Origin: Naegleria gruberi
Taxonomy: Eukaryota
NCBI GenBank assembly: GCA_000004985.1
Contig: GG738893.1
DNA: 64,000 bases
Direction: 5' to 3' (one strand)
Position numbers and translations under genes: made by a program. This document shows positions 1 to 10,800 of this stretch, piece after piece. Position 1 is the stretch's first letter. Every line of letters begins with the position of its first letter. The notes beneath the pieces were generated by a model. That model ran no database searches, was not told the DNA's origin, and was given only the letters and a program-made list of their open reading frames with translations.

Positions 1-292
1 AATATTTTGATTTTTAAAATCATTATTCACAATTGAAGAGGTAAGTGCTGCTTCACTTCCAACAAAACTACCTCCCGATTTTTGTGCCATCATCATTGTT
101 GTACTCATTGATGATCTCTTCTTTGGTGAATAGGAAGTAGGTTTTGAAAATGATCCTAATAGTCCAACATCATCCGATTCCGATAATTGTTTTTGTTGAA
201 ATGATGTAGAAAGTGCTGAGAGTATTGTTGGTGATTTTCTTGCGAACAATACTTTGAAAAAGTCGTCCGTTATTATTACTCCATCAAGCATT
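1..292 (-). CDS. Hypothetical protein, 5' part only; the gene continues beyond the window start
   Basis: The reverse complement of 1..292 is open from an ATG (complement of cat at about 290-292) and reads MLDGVIITDDFFKVLFARKSPTILSALSTSFQQKQLSESDD... with no stop before the window edge. It is S/T-rich and shows no recognisable domain. Confidence 0.35.
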
Positions 293-436
293 TTTTTTTA
301 AATTTAAAAATTTATTAAATTTAATTTAAATATTACAATTAACTATTTACTGTAATTACCTTTACTTCTTTAAATTTTGTAACATTAATAATTGTTTAAT
401 AACATGCAAATTCAAAATTTAATTTAAAAAAAATAC

Positions 437-1000
437 ATGAAAGAAAAAACAAAGAAACCCAACATGGCCAAAGTTTCCACTGGTTTTTTAATTGAAGATG
501 GTTCGGGATCATCACCTCTCTATCTAATGTGCCACACTACATGTCATAAAAAACCTCCAAAACAACCAATTTTACCATCAGAAACTGATGAAAAGTGGAC
601 AGTTCCGAAGGGAATTATTGATGAGAGTAATTCAAGTCAGGTTGGTGATGATATTGAAATTGAAACAGCAATTAGAGAATTGAAGGAAGAAACTGGTATT
701 GATTTGATTGGAAATGAAGTTTTGAGAAAGGAGTTTTATGATCCATTTCTCAGCAAGACTTTGAAATTTAATCTTCATAAGGAGTACAAGATTAAGGCAA
801 AAGTTATCAGAATTTACTTATTGAAGGATAGTAAAGGATTAATTAAGAGTCAATATGATACTTCTGCTATGAAATGTACATCTCTGATTGATATCGATCA
901 TCCTTTGAAGGGGTTTCCAGAGGTTGATGCCTTTTTGTGGGTCACAAAAGCACAAGCTTCTAGAATTGCATTGAAATCTCAAAAGGTTCTTTTCAAATAA
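437..1000 (+). CDS. Nudix-family hydrolase (187 aa)
   Basis: The ORF track gives 437..1000. It contains a Nudix-box-like signature GDDIEIETAIRELKEETGI (REx2EExGU core). The stretch between the G-x5-E and the RE looks about 4 residues shorter than canonical. The ATG at 437 follows an A-rich leader. Confidence 0.65.
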   Translation: MKEKTKKPNMAKVSTGFLIEDGSGSSPLYLMCHTTCHKKPPKQPILPSETDEKWTVPKGIIDESNSSQVGDDIEIETAIRELKEETGIDLIGNEVLRKEFYDPFLSKTLKFNLHKEYKIKAKVIRIYLLKDSKGLIKSQYDTSAMKCTSLIDIDHPLKGFPEVDAFLWVTKAQASRIALKSQKVLFK

Positions 1001-2065
1001 TTAATGTTTCCAACCATTTGAATGACCTTGTTCTCTGTAAGGTTCTAAAAATCCTCTAAATATCACTTGATTTGAATTGGTGGTATCTTGATCAGATTTG
1101 ATAGAATTATTTCCCCTTTTATACACCCATCTAGATCCATATCCTTCAAAATTTCTCACTTCAACACAAGGAACATTATGAGGAAGAATGTGTGCATTAA
1201 TAAATGTTGCCTCATTTACAATCTTTTCTAAAATTGCAAGAGATTTTCTATTCTTTTCCTTGGCATTTCCAGTTAAGACAGTAGAACCTCCCCAAAATTG
1301 ATCAGTTTCACTTCTGTGACAATGCTTAGCAAGAGCTCTGGCTCCAACTGTGAGACCACTTGTCTTTTCCAAAACTTCATTAAATGAATCAATTAATTCC
1401 TTATAGGTTGGTATCATGTATGAAATACTGCCTGTTGTTTTCCTCATCCTTAGACAGGTTTGAAATCCTCTTAATTTCATTTCCAGAATAATTTGTTGAA
1501 CATGTTCATCCAAGACTGTTTCCTCAGTACTGAAATCCGTAGAGTTCAATTTCAGAATTCTATCTGTAAATTTTGAACTGAGCTCTGTGTAATATTCAAA
1601 ATCATCTTCAATGCTTGGAAATTGTTGGAATTGAATTGGGAATTTTCCTTCTCTACCCCATAATATCCAAATGAAAGCAATCTATCTCAATAATCGAATT
1701 AGAAATAAAATCAAAATATTTACCTCTTGGAAAATATTTGAAACATTCAATGTTGGATAACCAATTAATATTTTCTCTCCATTCTCCAAATTATGATATT
1801 TTACAAGATTTAATAAATTAGCATCATCATTAATATTTTCCTCCTGATCGGAATTTACAAAATTCAATCCAAGGGCTTCCTTCAAGTACTCAGCAGAGAC
1901 TGCAATCGGAGTGGGATCTTTAAATTCCTGTTGCTCATCTGATCCTAAATCATTATTCAACTGAGGGGAATGACAAATCCATTCACTAAATAAATTGCTA
2001 TCATTTAATATGAAGGAAATTGATTTCCGAATACAATTTGATAAATTACAAATATTTGGCAACAT
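1001..2065 (-). CDS. Conserved hypothetical protein, 2 exons (about 340 aa)
   Basis: Model: join(complement(1724..2065), complement(1001..1681)). The ATG is the complement of 2063-2065. On the minus strand the donor is GAG|GTAAAT and a 42-nt intron ends at GATAG. The downstream exon continues in frame as ...NIFQE|IAFIWILWGREGKFPIQF... into ORF 1001..1549, ending ...AKHCHRSETDQFWGG...NAHILPHNVPCVEV. Its stop codon abuts the stop of the 437..1000 gene. The ORF-track M at 1549 is a TTG, not the real start. Confidence 0.5.
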
Positions 2066-2857
2066 GTTTTAATGTTATTGTATTTTTTTTTAATTTAAAA
2101 ATTTCAATTTTAAAAAACGGATCGCCTTTATGGACGACTATTTCAAAAAGTTTCAGAAATTGTAAGTGTTCATAATTGTTTTTATTATTTCCAATAACTT
2201 CAACTTGTTCGAAACATCCCAAACCTTCATGTATTTTCATTACCCAAAAGACAATCTTCAAAAGGAAAGTTGACCCACTAATCAAACCCACAAAAATATC
2301 AATTGAATACCATTCTAAGTGTTCCACATCTTCAAATTTCAATCCTCTCTAGAAGAAACTAAACTATTCAATAATGATTGGTGTGTGAATGGCTCAAATA
2401 ATACAACCAATACCAAGTATCTCATCTGTGATATCAGAAAAAGCCTTCAGTATCACCAACTCACTCCCAACTCTCTGTGAACGAATGTTTGAAAATCAAA
2501 AACTTCCTCTGTCAATTTTATTGTTGTTTGCCACTTTCCAAATCTTCCAACCTCAACAACACACAAAAAAAAGCCTTCAACCGCGCTCGCTGCGACACCC
2601 AACAAATCTCGTCAATCTTTTTTTTGCCGCCACTTTCCAGCAGCGTTTTCAACGTCGATATTCTCTCTTCTTTGAAAAAACAACTTTGCGTCGTCATTGT
2701 CGAGGACTTGATATAAACTCATCAAAGTCATCATACATTAGAATACACTAATAATATACACATCATCTCGTTTTTGTTATCTTCTTCTTCATTAACGAAA
2801 AATATAAAGGGTGAGTGATTTGAAAGATTGTGTTTTATTTAAAATATCAAAAAGAAA

Positions 2858-4169
2858 ATGGCCGAAATTAATTTACAAGAAGCTATTTCAAATGCCAGAT
2901 TAGAGGCACAACAATTGAAGGAAAAAATCAACGCACAGAGAAAAGTTATTAATGATGTGAACAGTAAGTGTTTTTATTGTGTGAGGTTTTTATAATTTAC
3001 TCTTGACATTTGACAAACATCATCAACATGTTGGAAATTTATGATGATATTTTATTATTAAAACTAAATAGTGAAGGATTTGGATGTTGCTGAAATTTCA
3101 CCTCTCAAATTAAAGGAACGAAGAGTGTTTAAAGGACACTCATCTAAAGTTGCTAGTTTAGCTTGGTCAAAGGACTCGAAGACAATTTTGACTGCCGGCC
3201 AAGATAGAATGTTAATTGTAAGTTTAGGAAGTGGTAATAATGATTTGATGACACTTTTTAGTTATGGGATGCTGTGACAACATATAAATTGAGTGCTATT
3301 CCTCTACAAGCTCGTGGTATTATGTGTTGCGATTATAGTACGAGTGGAAATTATGTTTGTGTTGGTGGTTTGGATAACATTTGTTCAGTTTGTAAGTAAT
3401 TATTATCAATAATTATGATGTTAATAAGTTTCGAATAGTTTCCCTTTCTGCTGTTACTCAACAATTACAAAACTCATCCAATGAATACAAGCCATTCAGG
3501 CAACTAGTAGGACATACAGGCTATTTGAGCTCTTGCAAATTTATTAGTGATCGTCACATATTAACTAGTTCTGGAGATCAAAGTTGTATTTTCTGGGATG
3601 TTGAAATGACTCACGCGGTGTCACATTTCCAAGTAAGTATTATTCAATATTAGAAATGTTAACTATTTAATTAGGAACATACTGGTGATTGTATGGCTGT
3701 TTCTGTTTCTCCTATTGAACAAAATGTATTTGTTAGTGGAAGTTGTGATGGTAGTTCAAAGTTGTGGGATGTACGTATGAATAAGTGTGTTGCCACATTC
3801 ACTGGTCATGAAGGTGATATCAATTCAGTTCAATTTTTCCCTAATGGAAATGCCTTTGCCACTGGTTCTGATGATTGTACTTGTAGATTGTTCGACCTTC
3901 GTGCTTCACGTGAGGTTATGACCTATTCAGATGATAATGTCAGAGAAGGTGTCACTAGTATTAGTTTCAGCAAATCTGGACGTGTTTTATTTGCTGCCTA
4001 TGAAGATAAGAAAGTTATTGCTTGGGATTCATTGAAAGGAACCATTTTACAAACTTTGGATGGCCTTCCAAATGGTCACGATAATCGTGTCAGTTGTTTG
4101 GCAGTTTCTCCTGATGGACACGCTCTTGCCACAGGTTCATGGGACATGACCATGAAGATATTTGCTTAA
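2858..4169 (+). CDS. Heterotrimeric G-protein beta subunit (WD40), 5 exons
   Basis: Model: join(2858..2963, 3072..3217, 3262..3391, 3439..3632, 3675..4169), totalling 1071 nt (357 codons). All four introns are GTAAGT...(T/A)AG and 42-108 nt long. The N-terminal coiled coil is [26 protein letters not shown] repeats follow with the Gbeta hallmarks [47 protein letters not shown] and [21 protein letters not shown]. Confidence 0.85.
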
Positions 4170-4289
4170 ATTATTTAAAGCCAACACATATCTTTCAGAA
4201 GTCAGTCATTTTCTCGATCATCATTTTCAATTCCCATCCTTATATTCTCCTCAGTTTTCCCCTTTTCAACTCCATTAATAAAAACCATC

Positions 4290-5576
4290 TTAATTTATTC
4301 TTAAAACTTTTCCAGCTCCAATTATTTGTTTTCCATTCATTAAGATGACTCTTCCTAGAATATCATTCTGTTCGAATGTGTGCAGATAACATGCCTTGTT
4401 TTCTTTTGTTATTAGTGGCTTTAGCCTTACTTCTGCAAAATCACCCTTTTTCAGTTTGTTTGGATAGGTTTCTAATTTCTGGTTCGTTTTTGGATTTACA
4501 GTTGCTAATATATCTTCTATTTTACAAAGGCATTGATTAGTGACACAATTATAAAGTTTGAAAGTGTATCCAACTTTGATTCCATTCTTTGGTTGATTCA
4601 TAATCTTTATCAAAGCTGTGAAAGATTCCACAGCTTTTTTTTCTGACTCCAGGTAAGCTTGGTCATGTATTATAAAATGTGTTTCAACATCTCGTACAGA
4701 AGCTTGTTTGATATTGATTCCACAAAACTCTCCACAAACAACTAGATCACGATGCTCATATCCTATTTCAATAGATTTCACCAGATGTGAACTGTCATCT
4801 CTGAAATAAACTTGTTGGTCCGTTTTAATCTTACCAGTTATTATTTTCCCAGCTACTACTGTGCCAATTCCACCGATTCTGTAAATTTGAAATATAACCA
4901 TCATTAGAGGTTTTTCAATCCATTCCTTTCTTGGTTCAACTTGAATTGCTTTTAATACAGATTCTAATGATTTACCCTTTGAAAATTCACCAGTAGTTGG
5001 TTTGAAAATGTTTTCATCCCTGTCATAACAAATAGGAATGAAAGGAACGTTTTTCCACAATAAAATAGTTTTCAATTTTGATCTAATTTCCTCCAATCTT
5101 GAATTCAATTCAATTACTGGTATTGTATCACATTTTGTTAAACAAACAACCAAATGGGTCAATCCAACAGCTGCAGCTATTTGTAAATGAGTTCTCATAT
5201 TTCCAATAGAATTATTAATATCCTTTTCAAATACTCCTTTTGTGACATCCACAACCAATACACAAATATTTGATAACCAAATAGCCTTCACCATACAATC
5301 GATTTTCTTCTTCTGTGTTGTAGATACATCCAACAAGGTCATTACTTCATTATCCTCCCTATATTGTTTATGAGAGAGTGCAATTTTTATCATCCCTTCC
5401 CGATCAGGATAGTATACATGAGATGCACACATTCTATATGCACCCAATCGATCGGTCTGATAATTATTCATATTTCTTAAAATTGTTCTCTCATCTGGAT
5501 TTATGATCTTTCCGACAAGTGTTGTTTTTCCAGACTTTTCAGCTCCAATGAATGAAATATTTTTTTGTTGCACCAT
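4290..5576 (-). CDS. EF-1alpha/Hbs1-family translational GTPase paralogue with a degenerate G3 motif (428 aa)
   Basis: Single ORF from the track. The G1 motif GAEKSGKTT and a G4-like TKCD are present. Where DxPGH is expected it reads LLDVSTTQKK. EF-Tu-like beta-barrel domains II and III follow (GTVVAGKIITGKI...). Confidence 0.7.
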   Translation of the reverse strand: MVQQKNISFIGAEKSGKTTLVGKIINPDERTILRNMNNYQTDRLGAYRMCASHVYYPDREGMIKIALSHKQYREDNEVMTLLDVSTTQKKKIDCMVKAIWLSNICVLVVDVTKGVFEKDINNSIGNMRTHLQIAAAVGLTHLVVCLTKCDTIPVIELNSRLEEIRSKLKTILLWKNVPFIPICYDRDENIFKPTTGEFSKGKSLESVLKAIQVEPRKEWIEKPLMMVIFQIYRIGGIGTVVAGKIITGKIKTDQQVYFRDDSSHLVKSIEIGYEHRDLVVCGEFCGINIKQASVRDVETHFIIHDQAYLESEKKAVESFTALIKIMNQPKNGIKVGYTFKLYNCVTNQCLCKIEDILATVNPKTNQKLETYPNKLKKGDFAEVRLKPLITKENKACYLHTFEQNDILGRVILMNGKQIIGAGKVLRIN

Positions 5577-5898
5577 TTTCTTTTTTTTGAATTTAATTTT
5601 TTATTTCAAAATTATTAAATTTTACATCTTCTGATCAGCGAGTTCAAACTTGAAAGTTGTAATTAACATATTTTTCTGTAATAGTGTGAAGTTGTAATCA
5701 CCTCTCCCTTATAACTTTCTTATTTTACTCATCCAAGATCAATTCTCCATTAACATTAGAAGTACAGTAGTATCTGACAACAAACGATTTATAAATTTAA
5801 CAACTTAATTTATGAGGAAGTTTAAGCTGCGGGGTGCAACATCACTAAGTAATTCCATTTCATGTAGGAGTTTCTTCAAATTGTATAGAACTAAATAA

Positions 5899-6790
5899 TT
5901 AAGGTTTAAAATCTATATAAATATCTCCACTGAAAACCTGTTTACCAAATACATTTCTTTCAACAGTTTTAAATAACGTAGTAGTTTTACGTAACAGAAT
6001 TGATTCAATATCTATATCCTTTAAAAGTGCTGCTTCTTTACATTTTTCATCCACAATAGCACCTTTATGAAGTAAACATTCTATTATCTCAATATAATAG
6101 CCATTGATTGCAGCATAGAGAGGAGAAACATCACCTTGGTTGACCTTAATTTCTTTTGCTTCCAATAATAATTTGACAATATCTAAATATCCTCTTTTGC
6201 ATGCTGCATAAAGTGGCGTTGTAGAAATACGATAATCACTACTATCGTGTGGTAATTCACTATAGACATATTCATCTTTCATTGGTTCCTAAAAAAAGAA
6301 TAAACTATTAAGGATATTTAATTGGGAAAGTACTTACATCATAATTGTAAATAGTTCTGTTGACTTCAATATGCCTACATTTTAATAGCAATTTAACCAT
6401 TTCATAATCACCTGTTTTACAAGCATAATACAATGGAATGTCATGTTTATCAAAATGTTGAAATATAGTACACATTCTATAACAACCAAAATTTACATTA
6501 ATCCCATCAACTGTTAATAATAACTTTACAATATCTCTAAATCCTCTGGTGTAGGCAGCAAATAGAGGTGAACAACTATCTGTATAACAGTGCACTCCAT
6601 AGTTTACATCAATTCCTTCCACAGCTAACAATAATTCCACAATTTCAATATTTCCTTGTACACAAGCAGCAAATAATGGAGAATAATAAGCATCTCGACC
6701 ATTAATATCAACATCATCACTACCACCACTTGATAATATTAATTTAACACTCTCGACATCACCCGTTGTACAGGCTTCAAACAGAGACAT
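5899..6790 (-). CDS. Ankyrin-repeat protein, 2 exons (about 280 aa)
   Basis: Model: join(complement(6338..6790), complement(5899..6288)). On the minus strand the donor is GAT|GTAAGT and a 49-nt intron ends at TTTTTTTAG, with the frame preserved (..NYD|EPMKDEYVY..). The protein has repeated ANK motifs such as SPLFAACVQGNIEIVELLL and TPLYAACKRGYLDIVKLLL. Confidence 0.7.
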
Positions 6791-7192
6791 TTTTTTTGAA
6801 AATTGTTATTCTCACACGTTTGCAAAGGTGAAAACCGATGATGCAAAGTTCAAAAAAGTTCTCAACTTAATGCTTGGACCAATCACAACACATTCTCATA
6901 GCTCCATACAAATGTATAATTGAAATATTTCCCACCAAGTTTGTCAAAAAAGAGCAGGTCCCGAGATTGTCGTTTCAGTTTGCTTGTTGCTACATCAACA
7001 TCATGATTCCAAAGTCTTCTGTTGAAAATGGCAATGTTCAAATTATGTTTTTATCAATTAATTATAGCTTGCAAATAATTACTGTAGTTGTTAATTAACT
7101 TGATAACAGTATCTTGGTTGTTGAACTGGAAAAACGAATTCTTTTGTTCCCATTCTCAAAGTCACATGTCACAAGAATTGCACTCAAAAAAA

Positions 7193-7627
7193 ATGTTCAA
7201 ACACCTCGCTGGCTCAATTGTGGTCTTGCTCCTTCTCTGCATAGTTGTATGCAACTCTCTACAACTTCCATTACCAACAGCAACTGAGAGTCTTGGTTTT
7301 CCTGCTCCAATTTCTCAACTCGATGCCAAGAATAGAGTTTTGAAAGCAATTAGTGAAAAGTATTCAAATCAATTAAAAACAATGATTGGTACATTGAATA
7401 AGATGATTGAAGATCAAAGTGCTTTGGGAGATGGTTTTATCGTGGCTAGTTTTAAAGGAAATGTTATGCACCAAGTTGACTGTCAAAAGTATGGAAGTGC
7501 TGTATACCAAGTATTGAAAGCACATTACAACAGACATGGCTATCAAACCATGTATAGTTGTAAAGTATCAGGTGATGTTGAAGGTTATTGCATGATAAAC
7601 ATTCGTATTAATTTTGTGGAACAATAA
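7193..7627 (+). CDS. Small secreted protein (about 144 aa) with an N-terminal signal peptide
   Basis: Within ORF 7088..7627 the first ATG followed by a hydrophobic leader is MFKHLAGSIVVLLLLCIVVCNSLQ at 7193. The mature part has 4 Cys and no recognisable domain. Confidence 0.45.
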   Translation: MFKHLAGSIVVLLLLCIVVCNSLQLPLPTATESLGFPAPISQLDAKNRVLKAISEKYSNQLKTMIGTLNKMIEDQSALGDGFIVASFKGNVMHQVDCQKYGSAVYQVLKAHYNRHGYQTMYSCKVSGDVEGYCMINIRINFVEQ

Positions 7628-7810
7628 AGTTCCAAATCTTTTGACTCATCTCACACTTGCATTTAATATCAAGTTATCAACACTGCCATCAACTTTTACC
7701 TTACATTATTAACTGTTTCAAATAAAACCTTGTTTTTATTGTAATACTTGTTATTTGCTATTTGATCTCTATTTTGGAGAAAAATAGATTTTTTCATACT
7801 TATTTAAAAA

Positions 7811-10800
7811 ATGGCAGACAATACACAGGAAGGAGATTTGGGTTTTGAAGTAGTGGATGCTAGTAGTGCTGCTGCTATTGATGATGATCCACAGCAACAA
7901 CAAGAACCGGAGACTATCGAAGAGGGATCCTTGATGGTGGAAGACTCTTCATTGGTGGAAAGTGTTGGTGTATCAGAGGAATTAGTGAGTGGTGAGGCTA
8001 TTGTGGTCGATTCCAACAATAATAATACACAAATATCTTCTTCATCATTATTATTAAATACAGAATCATCAAAATTAGATAATAGTAGCTTAAAATTACA
8101 AAAACCATCAATTCAACCAAGAGTAATTCCTGGACCTCCAATTTATGATCCGAACAAATTTCCCATCATGGATGGTGGTCATGGAGGTGTTTTAGTTACC
8201 GGAATGGCAGCAAGTGTTTCATCTTCTTTGAGTTCTGGTAATGTGATTTCTTCAATTTTAGGTGCATCAAAAGAATTTTCATCAGTGTTACCATTCCAAT
8301 TTCCTTTCGATTCGTCTTCAAATGAAAAATTCACTCTCAGCAATGTTTATCAAGATAATGCTGAAAAGTTCAAGAAATTCAAATATAGATCAGTTTGGGG
8401 TGCTAATAATTTATTGGCCTATTGTTGTCAAACTCATGTAATGATCTTTGATCCAGTTTCTATGCAACAAGTAACTTCATTGTTTGGACATAGACACGTA
8501 ACAACTTGTGTTGAATGGTGTGAAATGTCAAAATCAAGAGGAATTGAAAGAGGTAATACTAATATTGTTGCTAGTGGTGATGAAGGAGGATGTATTATTG
8601 TGTGGGATTATAAAAAAGGAAGAAAACTTTGCAGTTTTGCTGAGGACTATGGTAATACCAAGAAGAGTATTGTACAAATCAAGTGGTTGAATGGTGATAA
8701 TGTTTACTTACTTTCTTTAGCTGCCAATAATGTCTTGTCCTTGTGGAATGTTCAAAGTAATACTAGAATTTGGGATCTTGAATTCCCTGACACAATTACA
8801 GGATTTTCTTTGGATCCATTTACTTTAAAGTCATGTTGCTTACCAAGTGAAAGTGGATGGTCCTATTTTATCAATGATATTAATATTAAGAAGAAACCAA
8901 TCGATATTCAAAGAAGACTTCATGGAAGTATTGACAAAAAGACAGGAGCCACTCAAACCTCATTGAAAGATTTTATTTGTTCTCCACACACTCGTGATCA
9001 ATTTTATGTTGTGACCAAGAAGGAGGTTACAACATTTGATTTAGCCATCAAACAAACAATTCATGGAAAGCAACTCAAGGGAGGAAGAGCAGACTTCCAA
9101 ACATTATATCCTATTGAATCTGAACCATCTGTTTTTTACTCTCTTCATGATGATGGAACTGTTTGTGTTTGGGAATATAATGGTGAAAAGTTTGAACCAA
9201 ATGTTTGTGATGTTGTTAGAGGATCTAAACATGGTGCAGATAGACCTGGATTACTTTACGGACTTTCAATTTCTCCAATCGATCACTCAAAAGTAGCTGC
9301 TGTGAGTGCAGATGGTAAGATTTGGATTTGGAGAGTCAACCTTTCACACAAAATCAAGACACCACCACAAGAAGCTAAGCCAGTTGAAGAACAAGTACCA
9401 AGCTCAAAAATCAAAGTTAACACCAAGTGGATGCTTGAAGGATTGGCTGAATATACAGGATCTGTAATTAGTAGTATCAAAGTTTCTCCATTTGATGATA
9501 AAGTAGCAGTCGGAACAATTAGTGGGTTACTATTGGTATACGATTTACTTACTGGTAACGTGGTAGTTAAACATGATGTATTTAATAATTCTCCTGTATT
9601 GGGTATTAGATGGTTTGGAGCAAGTTCTGTTCTCTGCTTCTCATCTTCAGTCTATGAAAAGAAGAAGGATAGAAAAAGTAATGAATTGAGAATTGTCAAT
9701 CTCGTTTCTGGTAAACATACCACAATTAATGTTAATCGTGAGGATCAACATAAGAAGGAAGAATCCAAAGCTGGAGGAATTAAGGGTATCAGAATTAGTA
9801 ACAGTTACAAATATCTTGTAATCATTTTACAGGACAGACCAATAGAAGTATGGAGATTGGACACTCTCAAGCTCATTAGAATGATTCCATTCTCAAATGT
9901 GACATCTCTTGAATGGGTTCCACTTTCTAAACATCACCCAGAACGTGAATTATTGTACTTTACAACTACTGATGGATCTTTGCATTTCTATAAGGTCGAA
10001 AATTATAAGGTCGAACCAGATGTTAAAAAACCAAAGGTATTTGTAAATACCATTACTGCCCTAGCTTGGAAGAATGATAGACTTGTTTCTGGTGATGTTA
10101 CAGGTACCATTACTGTTTGGGATTTGCAACACAAAAAAACCAAAACAATTCAAACACACAGAGGTTTAGTTAAGAAGATCAGTGTAAGCAAGGAACATAA
10201 TCACATTTTGGTATTGTTCAATGAGGGAGACTTTGGTATTTGGGACTTGGATCAATATGCCAAGGTTGCCAATTCTCCTCCACATATCAAGGCCGTTGCC
10301 TCAGACTGGTCTAGAGGAAATTATCCTGTTGTTGCCACAAATAGTGGTTCCATCCTTGTATTTGATATTCAACTTAGTACTTGTAACACTAATGTATTGT
10401 TCCATACTCGTCTGGATCACCTTAAGAATCCTTGCTCACTTAAATCAGATGAAGCTCAATATTTTAGAGCTCTCATCGAAAATAACAAGCTTCCATTTGA
10501 TGATATGGTTGATGAAAACACAATAATAGATGAACCAAATACATACAGAAATTGTTGTGGAGATGTCATTGATAATAAGAAAGTCAAGGAGCTTTATGAA
10601 AAGGCTCTCGACCACAGATATTTACTTCCTCAAAACATGGTGGTTAAATTGAAGAATCCAAGTACAAATACTGCTGAAAGATGCTTGATTGCTGCTGAAT
10701 ACTTTGGTGATAAGATTGCCTATCAATTCTGGAAACTTGCTATTGAATTTTTGGGCAAATTCAGCAAGCAAAATATCAATCCTGCTGATATTCAAAAAGA

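Noticed and set aside
2046-2342. 98-aa minus ORF as an additional 5' exon of the 1001..2065 gene
   Set aside because: It is in a different frame, starts at TTG, and no donor or acceptor pair joins it in frame to the ATG at 2065. It is left unannotated, though an upstream exon cannot be excluded.
3388-3393. Possible GTTTGT donor in G-beta intron 3
   Set aside because: Recounting showed that the frame only works with the standard GTAAGT donor at 3392. The apparent GTTTGT was an indexing slip.
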